Assembly (NCBI RefSeq): GCF_000497125.1
Contig: NC_090596.1
Coordinates: 1,364,001 to 1,428,000 of the forward strand
Direction: 5' to 3'
Origin: Spironucleus salmonicida
Taxonomy: Eukaryota
DNA length: 64,000 nt
The stretch's first letter is position 1. Each line of letters starts with the position of its first letter. A program made the translations under genes and the position numbers. This document shows, piece by piece, positions 55,682 through 64,000 of this stretch. The notes under the pieces were generated by a model. The model was not told the DNA's origin, searched no databases, and was given only the letters and a program-made list of their open reading frames with translations.

Positions 55682-56401
55682 ATGGAGGATCTTGCGTCGT
55701 TAGCGCTACTGGAGATAAACCGAATGTCCCCTTAGATCTTAGCCACGTTGCCCCATTTTTCAGGGAGTATCGCAACCGTGCAAAAGGGTCTCATACATCT
55801 CATCCAGCAGATCGGGTCGCTACCACATGCGCTGCACCAGTAGGTAGCGTTCATCGAGTAGCTGAAGCTAGCGAACGAGAAGAACGTTAATGCAGCACTG
55901 GAGTGGAAGAAACATGCCAACCACACAGAGAGAGCATGTGGTACCCTGTATGCGCAGAACGTAGAATTGAAGGTCCAGGTTCGCGCACTGAAATAGGAGC
56001 TAACCCTGTCCACCGCGGCATAGATGACATAATAGAGCGAGATACCTCCAGAGAACGTACTACTGTAATCGTAATAGTAGGCTGTTAGCCATATCGGGCT
56101 TAACCTCTCCAACTCCCTCGAAATTAGTATCGAGCCAGAAGAGACAGAGGAAGTAACCCAAATAATAACAATCACTCGAAAGTCTCCCCTTATGGCACAT
56201 CACTCACCAAAGTTAATAGACGCACCATAGCTATTGACAAACAGCATTATTTAAGGGGACGACGGGAACAGTATAGTTTGCTTCTTAAATGAGAACCTAG
56301 CGCACGCGAAGCCTGACTATAGTGATCACTCCGACACAGATTATGGTACAGTGGTTCTGTTCAACGAACCTATGTATGGATAACACCTGGAGGACTTCTG
56401 A
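55682..56401 (+). CDS. Hypothetical protein with central coiled coil, copy a (239 aa; alternative ATG at 55724)
   Basis: Table-6 ORF MEDLASLALLEINRMSPQ...LYAQNVELKVQVRALKQEL...HLEDF*. Confidence 0.6.
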
Positions 56402-56808
56402 TTTTCCAGATCTTGTAAAAACTAGAAACCCTAGCGAGCATAATTTTATCCAATGATCACGACCTCCTCGAAACCCTTTATCACATCCTACGGGGAAATA
56501 ATTGTAGTTTCTCTAGTGATTTCAGTGATTATTAACATACAAAGCCTCAAAGGTGGCTTCATTTGCGACGTTACCATTGTATAATATATCGTTATTAAAC
56601 CGCGCAAGGGCGTACGTGGTAGCACAATACTTGGTAGTATGTGTTCTTGATCAGTGCTAATTATAAACATATAGGAACAAAATAATATTGGTCCGAATAT
56701 TCTAGGACAGATTTCGAGTAACGTGGCTATCATAAGGAGTTTTAACATTATGTGGGTTAGTAATATATTTATATCATAATATAACCGATTCTAACTATAA
56801 TTATTTTA

Positions 56809-57420
56809 ATGAACTTAAGTTCGGATGATTCTAGCCAAGAGTAGGAAGCACCACAATCTTTTGACTTAGCTTCTGAAGCACCAGTAGTACCAAACCCGTT
56901 GGTTTCTTTGCAGTCTCCACCAGCGATTAATTTAAATGAGTCATCTTCTGATACAGTCATTACTGCACCTTTACCGCCACCAATTATTCCACTTCCACCG
57001 CCACCAATTGAGATAACAATATAACCTCCAGTTACTTTGCCTTAAATTCCACTGCCAGTTCAACCACGACGCCTCGTTGATCCGATTCGAGAACGAAAAC
57101 CATCTCCTAAACGCTGGGGTCTTGCATATACTGAGATTTAAGAGACACGATTAGCTCTCTAGGATCATTCGTCGACAGTTTTTCCAACCTCCTACATTAA
57201 AGTAAAAGCATTTAGCTTAGGGATGCGAGATCCAAGTGATTAAGTATTAAATCAAGCCAGCTTTGTTGTATAGGGTGTAGTTGAGTCTCTTTTATTAGGT
57301 ATTTAAAGTGGAGATGTGACAGCTAAGGCGCTTCATACTTAAAAAGAGAAGCTAGGTATTTAAACTACAGAGGATTTTTTGCTCTACTGCATTAGCAATG
57401 GGCTGGTAAACGGAAAATGA
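56809..57420 (+). CDS. Pro-rich protein with a possible C-terminal histone fold, copy a, 203 aa
   Basis: MNLSSDDSSQE...PLPPPIIPLPPPP...VFPTSYIKVKAFSLGMRDPSDQVLNQASFVVQGVVESLL; AT-rich upstream region. Confidence 0.65.
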
Positions 57421-57436
57421 TAATTCAAATAAATAG

Positions 57437-59323
57437 TCACTATTCTTCTATATTTATTTTTTTATCAAATATATGCAATCTTGGAGTTGTGTCTTACGCA
57501 TCATCCCAAGCTAATCCTGTATAATCTAATCCAACGAAGCTTGTTTATTATTTTATAGGAATTGATTACTATATTTATGCTGCACATATATTAAGTTTAA
57601 ATTATGAAATTTTCTCTACTTGAAACTAGTCTTTATCGTCATAAATGCTTTTAACAAAATCATTACTAGATTCAGATATATCCAGCTCGTCTTCATCAAT
57701 GTATTTTTAGACCATATTTAGTGTAGATCCTTATCTATTAGATCTCATACATTCTGCGTTAATAGAGATTTAACCAGATTTTACAGTTGTTGTGATGGTT
57801 TCAAAGTCAGGATCGGCAGTAGGTTTCCATGGAGGTTAAATATTCATTAATAAATTATAATATGGTATAATAGGTACATCATCATAAATATGTGGACTAT
57901 TCGCTTACTATTATTGAACTATTAATTTTATGCTATTATTCTAGAAATTAATTATATCATGTAAAGGAACTCCTAGTGTGAAAAATTTATGTGTTAGCAA
58001 TTATTCTAAATTAAAAGATCTTCCAAGTCTCTTATCTGGCGAACTTAGTAATTATGTAATCAAATCATAAGCGTCATCAGGTATATCTAATTAGGCAGGT
58101 ATAAAACTTTAATAAGTATTTAGTGTTAGATTTTAAATAAGCTGTTCTTAAGTTTCAGCATTAACAGCTTATTCCCCAGTAAGCATTTCGTATAAAATAC
58201 ACCCCAACGCCCAAAAATCTATAAATTTACCATATATATTCTATCTAAATTATTCTGGTGACATATAATTTAAGCTTCCTACTATATTATTCGTGCCCTC
58301 ATCAAAATAATAAATACTTTACTCAGATTAGTTAGTCTCTATAAGTTCTTTTGCAAAACCAAAATCAGCTAACATAACATGTCCAGTATCACTAAGCAGA
58401 AAATTTTATGGCTTTAAATCTCTATGAATAAATGACTATTAGTTATTAATAATTGTACTAAACTCAAGTTATTATTTATTACTAGCATCTTCTTCTATAA
58501 TATCACTAACCTAACTTTAAGAATCTGCAATATCACAAAATGTTAGTGCGAGATTATTTTTTCTGTCTATAATATAACTTTCAGAGTCAAACGCAGCTTG
58601 ACTAAGTCTTGATTTACGAATTTACTCAATTTCATGAACATATGATCTATTTGAATCTGACTTGGTAGTGGAAACACAAGAGTTAGGATCATCTGTAAAT
58701 GACTATGCTGAATGTAATTGCTTAATAAACTCAACCTGATTAAAGTTTAAAATTTTAGAGACATCAGTTCCATGTAAAGTTAATACACCTGATAACATTT
58801 CTGCAAAATAGAATCTAGTCCATGAAAGTGGTAAAGCACCACATTAATCTAATAAATTACTGAAATCAGATCCTGAAGCATAATCCATAACAAAATATAA
58901 GTCATTGTCTGTTTAAAATGCATAATATAATTTCACAACAAATGGTGATTAAAAATTAAGCATGACTGTACGCTCGGTTCGAATTCTAACACCATCTTAA
59001 GGATTTGATATTTTTTATTTAGATATAACCTTCATCGCATAAATTTTTCCTGTCTAAATATGTAATACTAAATAAACTATAGAATATGACCCTTTACCTA
59101 TCTATTTAATTATTTAAAAATCGCTTGTTGTGACTCCAACACGTTTAGACCTTAATAGTAATGTTTCTCTGGCAATTGTTATTTAAATTAAATCATCTTT
59201 CACATATTACTCACATTCATACGAAAGAATATCATTTAACCTGGTTTCTTTATCTTTAAGAAACAATTTTTACTATTTCAACCACTCGTGAATGTAGCCT
59301 TTAAAAATGATACTTTCAGTCAT
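57437..59323 (-). CDS. AGC Ser/Thr kinase, NDR/Dbf2-like, 628 aa
   Basis: N-terminal ARETLLLRSKR (MOB-binding-like), GKGSYSIV, YAMK, FIHRDLKPQN, DFG, GSLNYMSPE, DFWALG and hydrophobic motif FVGLDY. Confidence 0.9.
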
Positions 59324-59415
59324 TTAAATTGGTTATAAGTATGATATATTATTAAAATATTATATTTAACTATATAAACTTAATATATAAATATAAAATA
59401 ATTAAAATAGGTTAA

Positions 59416-59706
59416 ATGAATACTTAAGAAAAGCTTAGTTAGCTGGAGTTTTTACGCCCATTCAGTTAATTTTAAACAAAGACTTATAAATAAGACCACA
59501 CAATGAGAAATTATATAAAATAAGAGTGTACATTAGCTAACAGTTAATCATTTTAACGATCTTTTTTGCCATCTTTAGGAAATATTACATGCTCAATGAT
59601 AACTGACAGATAAAAGCGATAACTTAATTATGATTAAGAATTATAGGTTTAAAAGAAAAGGAATAGTTATATTTTTACATTTTTTAAAAAAGAAATTGGC
59701 TAGTGA
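59416..59706 (+). CDS. Small hypothetical protein, 96 aa
   Basis: MNTQEKLSQLEFLRP...FKKEIGQ*, ends in AGTGA; divergent from the kinase. Confidence 0.5.
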
Positions 59707-59727
59707 AAGTTTCAAATATGTGAATTA

Positions 59728-60339
59728 TCATTTTCCGTTTACCAGCCCATTGCTAATGCAGTAGAGCAAAAAATCCTCTGTAGTTTAAATACCTAGCTTC
59801 TCTTTTTAAGTATGAAGCGCCTTAGCTGTCACATCTCCACTTTAAATACCTAATAAAAGAGACTCAACTACACCCTATACAACAAAGCTGGCTTGATTTA
59901 ATACTTAATCACTTGGATCTCGCATCCCTAAGCTAAATGCTTTTACTTTAATGTAGGAGGTTGGAAAAACTGTCGACGAATGATCCTAGAGAGCTAATCG
60001 TGTCTCTTAAATCTCAGTATATGCAAGACCCCAGCGTTTAGGAGATGGTTTTCGTTCTCGAATCGGATCAACGAGGCGTCGTGGTTGAACTGGCAGTGGA
60101 ATTTAAGGCAAAGTAACTGGAGGTTATATTGTTATCTCAATTGGTGGCGGTGGAAGTGGAATAATTGGTGGCGGTAAAGGTGCAGTAATGACTGTATCAG
60201 AAGATGACTCATTTAAATTAATCGCTGGTGGAGACTGCAAAGAAACCAACGGGTTTGGTACTACTGGTGCTTCAGAAGCTAAGTCAAAAGATTGTGGTGC
60301 TTCCTACTCTTGGCTAGAATCATCCGAACTTAAGTTCAT
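59728..60339 (-). CDS. Pro-rich, possible histone-fold protein, copy b
   Basis: Mirror of 56809-57420. Confidence 0.65.
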
Positions 60340-60746
60340 TAAAATAATTATAGTTAGAATCGGTTATATTATGATATAAATATATTACTAACCCACATAA
60401 TGTTAAAACTCCTTATGATAGCCACGTTACTCGAAATCTGTCCTAGAATATTCGGACCAATATTATTTTGTTCCTATATGTTTATAATTAGCACTGATCA
60501 AGAACACATACTACCAAGTATTGTGCTACCACGTACGCCCTTGCGCGGTTTAATAACGATATATTATACAATGGTAACGTCGCAAATGAAGCCACCTTTG
60601 AGGCTTTGTATGTTAATAATCACTGAAATCACTAGAGAAACTACAATTATTTCCCCGTAGGATGTGATAAAGGGTTTCGAGGAGGTCGTGATCATTGGAT
60701 AAAATTATGCTCGCTAGGGTTTCTAGTTTTTACAAGATCTGGAAAA

Positions 60747-61466
60747 TCAGAAGTCCTCCAGGTGTTATCCATACATAGGTTCGTTGAACAGAACCACTGT
60801 ACCATAATCTGTGTCGGAGTGATCACTATAGTCAGGCTTCGCGTGCGCTAGGTTCTCATTTAAGAAGCAAACTATACTGTTCCCGTCGTCCCCTTAAATA
60901 ATGCTGTTTGTCAATAGCTATGGTGCGTCTATTAACTTTGGTGAGTGATGTGCCATAAGGGGAGACTTTCGAGTGATTGTTATTATTTGGGTTACTTCCT
61001 CTGTCTCTTCTGGCTCGATACTAATTTCGAGGGAGTTGGAGAGGTTAAGCCCGATATGGCTAACAGCCTACTATTACGATTACAGTAGTACGTTCTCTGG
61101 AGGTATCTCGCTCTATTATGTCATCTATGCCGCGGTGGACAGGGTTAGCTCCTATTTCAGTGCGCGAACCTGGACCTTCAATTCTACGTTCTGCGCATAC
61201 AGGGTACCACATGCTCTCTCTGTGTGGTTGGCATGTTTCTTCCACTCCAGTGCTGCATTAACGTTCTTCTCGTTCGCTAGCTTCAGCTACTCGATGAACG
61301 CTACCTACTGGTGCAGCGCATGTGGTAGCGACCCGATCTGCTGGATGAGATGTATGAGACCCTTTTGCACGGTTGCGATACTCCCTGAAAAATGGGGCAA
61401 CGTGGCTAAGATCTAAGGGGACATTCGGTTTATCTCCAGTAGCGCTAACGACGCAAGATCCTCCAT
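60747..61466 (-). CDS. Hypothetical coiled-coil protein, copy b
   Basis: Mirror of 55682-56401. Confidence 0.6.
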
Positions 61467-61478
61467 TCCAAAGCCAAA

Positions 61479-61976
61479 ATGAATGGTTCGATTCCCTCAA
61501 TAATTCTCGGTGCAGTACTCCAGCAGACTGTCGCCAACTTACAAGATGTTCAAGAGATCAACTAGCAGCTGACGATCATGGGAGAGGGACTCGGCGCCAG
61601 ACTTGTCGAGATTTTCCTGTCACAGGTCCCTACTAGCTGTCGTAGTTTCGAAAATGCTGGAAACGGTATTGCTCTCGCCATGCGATATTTCTTGACATAG
61701 TTTTCAAGTTCTATAAAGGACGTATCTTCAGGTGAAGATGGCATATCCCTGCTCAGTGCGACACAGACGGTAATGGTGATCTCTATCAAGAGTAATCCCA
61801 TTACAGCAGAGATGGTGCTCCCAAGACATCTTAATAGTATCAAGCCAGATAGTATCATGTGCGGTGCCGTGCAGGGTGCGCTTACAACGCTGGGTTGGGC
61901 CACTGTGGTGACCTTCGAGCAGGACACATTAACGATTACCAAAACCGCCGAAATCGTCGAGGAGCTGGCTGTGTGA
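61479..61976 (+). CDS. Bet3/TRAPPC3-like paralogue 2, copy b
   Basis: Mirror of 55172-55669; one synonymous difference seen (GCT vs GCC, Ala). Confidence 0.8.
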
Positions 61977-62290
61977 GTACCCGAACCATCACTTCCCGGC
62001 TATGCTTAATACTGTATTTGGTTTATTTTCTAATTTTTCTACAAGATATTTTAAGTCCGAAAGTCAAATAATTTACGTTGGTAGAAAAATTAAAGATTAA
62101 TAACTGTAATTGACAGAAAAATAATGTTATGCTTACTTATTCACTATAAGTTTCGTTTTCAGCATCTGATAATTTAAACATATGTATTCACTATTAATAA
62201 CTCTCATACTATTTAATATATCTTTCCTTATCTATTAAAGTATGTAACTTTATATATTATATAATACTAAAATACGAAGTCACCGCTCTA

Positions 62291-64000
62291 ATGGATCTGT
62301 CGCTTTCCTAATCATGGAGGTCAAAAAGAAATGAATAAAACGTTACTTAATCAAATGACTAGTTATTAAAAGCATTAAATTAAGCAAATTTAGAAATTCA
62401 GAGTCTTATATAGCAAATAGATGCATTAGAACATAAAATGGCTCAACCTGTCGGCATTAGGGCTGAAGAAGCAGAAAGAAAACTATTTTTAGCTCAGAAA
62501 CGTAGTAAAAGATAAGAAGGAGATATTATAGCGCTAACTTAATCTCACGATCGCTTGCGTTCTGAATTTCTTAAATTATTAGAACTAAAAAACCAGCTGT
62601 AAAAATAGCTGGCAGATGGTCAGATAGATGTTATTTCAGTATAAAAGAAAACAGAATATCTAGGTTAAATTGAAAATTAACTAGTTGTTTTAAAATAGGA
62701 GAATAACTATTTAGTTGCAGGAAAATATCAGCTAGAAGTGCAAATTCCTCCTTTGAATAAATAAATTTATTAGTTAACTTAAGAGAAAGCATAGCTTACA
62801 GAGGAAGTTATTTAGTTAGAGGAAAGAGTCGGGGTTAGATAAGTTGAAATTTTGCAATTAAAAAGCTAGGTTAGTAATTTAACAAGCAAAAACACCATTT
62901 TAGAGTAAGAATTGTTAACATCTACTACATAACTAAACAAACTATAAGATAATGAATAAAAAATTTACTTCTAGTTGAATTAATAAAATGAGCATATAGA
63001 GTAATCTGAAGCTAAATTAGTTTAGCAAAGCGAAGAAATACTTCGCTTAAGAGGATTACTAACCGAAAAAGAAAGTTTATACAATATGAAAGAAAAATAA
63101 ATAGGAATGGTTAGAGATCATGTGAAAGAGTTAAAAGGAGAAGTTTAAAAATACAAAGAAGAAATCAAAAATGTTAAAAGTAATAATTTAGAATTATAAG
63201 GTGTATTATAGACTTAATAGGTTACTAACAAAAATCACTTAGAGACTTTATAGATGAGTAAAATGATGTTAACGGAATATAGTGTTGGAATATAGTATTT
63301 AGAAAGTGATTTAGGAAAGTAAAAATAATATATCAAAAGTTTAGAACTCGAGATTAATAAAACTTCAAGTGCCCCTATCACTGCTGTTAATGATACAAAT
63401 ATAGTAGAGTAATAAACTATTCCACTGTAAAATTCTCAAAATGAAAACCTATCTGTTTTATAGTTAAGTATAGATTAAGATATTGGTAATGAATTGGAAA
63501 TAGTATCTTTGTCAGCACCTGAAATGATAATGTAACTAGCTATAAATGATGAGTTAGATATATAACCCAAGATGGAGGTGGAACCAGTAGCTGAACCCCA
63601 GATGGAGGTGGAACCAGTAGCTGAACCCCAGATGGAGGTGGAACCCGTGGTTGAACCCCAGATGGAGGTGGAACCAGTAGCTGAACCCCAGATGGAGGTG
63701 GAACCAGTAGCTGAACCCCAGATGGAGGTGGAACCCGTGGTTGAACCCCAGATGGAGGTGGAACCCGTGGTTGAACCCCAGATGGAGGTGGAACCCGTGG
63801 TTGAACCCCAGATGGAGGTGGAACCAGTAGCTGAACCCCAGATGGAGGTGGAACCAGTAGCTGAACCCCAGATGGAGGTGGAACCAGTAGCTGAACCCCA
63901 GATGGAGGTGGAACCCGTGGTTGAACCCCAGATGGAGGTGGAACCAGTAGCTGAACCCCAGATAGAGGTGGAACCAGTAGCTGAACCACAGATGGAGGTG
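62291..64000 (+). CDS. Coiled-coil protein with C-terminal acidic decapeptide repeats, runs off the window
   Basis: MDLSLSQSWRSKR..., a long Q/E/K coiled coil, in frame with (MEVEPV[A/V]EPQ)n. Confidence 0.75.
63571..64000 (+). repeat. 30-bp coding minisatellite, at least 14 units
   Basis: Unit gatggaggtggaacc[agtagc/cgtggt]tgaacccca. Confidence 0.97.

Larger units (their letters stand above)
55144..57427. repeat. Left arm of a 2,284-bp inverted repeat
   Basis: Reverse complement of 59721-62004 (x maps to 117148-x); mirrored track ORFs translate identically; mismatches seen only at 55150/61998 and 55178/61970. Confidence 0.97.
59721..62004. repeat. Right arm of the 2,284-bp inverted repeat
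   Basis: Reverse complement of 55144-57427. Confidence 0.97.

Noticed and set aside
55732-56175. 147-aa hydrophobic - strand ORF (and its mirror 60973-61416)
   Set aside because: Antisense frame of the longer table-6 + ORF, with a non-ATG start and shadow-like composition.
60608-60635. GTATGTT...CACTAG intron-like 28-mer in the arm
   Set aside because: Very short with a poor branch site, and the upstream frame that splicing would join has a TGA and no start.
55144-62004. Composite or foldback transposon interpretation of the inverted repeat
   Set aside because: No transposase, integrase or RT motifs; the arms carry host genes; no obvious target-site duplication.
63540-63989. 149-aa - strand VPPPSGVQ-repeat ORF
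   Set aside because: Antisense of the repeat, which is in frame with the long + strand gene.
63571-64000. Possible CRISPR-like array
   Set aside because: Head-to-tail repeats with no unique spacers, inside a eukaryotic CDS.
1-64000. Apparent mass pseudogenisation (frequent TAA/TAG)
   Set aside because: Explained by translation table 6.

Overview
Gene-dense, AT-rich eukaryotic DNA with no confident introns. It only reads sensibly with translation table 6 (TAA/TAG = Gln, TGA the sole stop). Together with flagellar genes, very short intergenic regions and A(G/A)TGA gene ends, this points to a hexamitine diplomonad (Spironucleus/Hexamita-like); the taxon is inferred. The supplied standard-code ORF track is therefore mostly fragments or antisense shadows, and I re-read the frames by hand, checking long ORFs only in part. 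About 43 CDS are called. They include an importin-beta-family protein, a radial spoke head protein, a Na+/K+-type P2C ATPase, a CHY/RING ligase, an LCAT-like lipase, an FLCN/SMCR8-like protein, a very short actin-related protein, VPS45, a divergent galactokinase, CAP, EXO1, RWDD1, Bet3 paralogues and an NDR-family kinase. The main structural feature is a near-perfect 2,284-bp inverted repeat (55144-57427 and 59721-62004). Its arms are GC-enriched and carry at least three duplicated genes. They enclose a 2,293-bp AT-rich spacer holding the kinase and a small ORF. No rRNA, tRNA, CRISPR array or recognisable transposase was seen.
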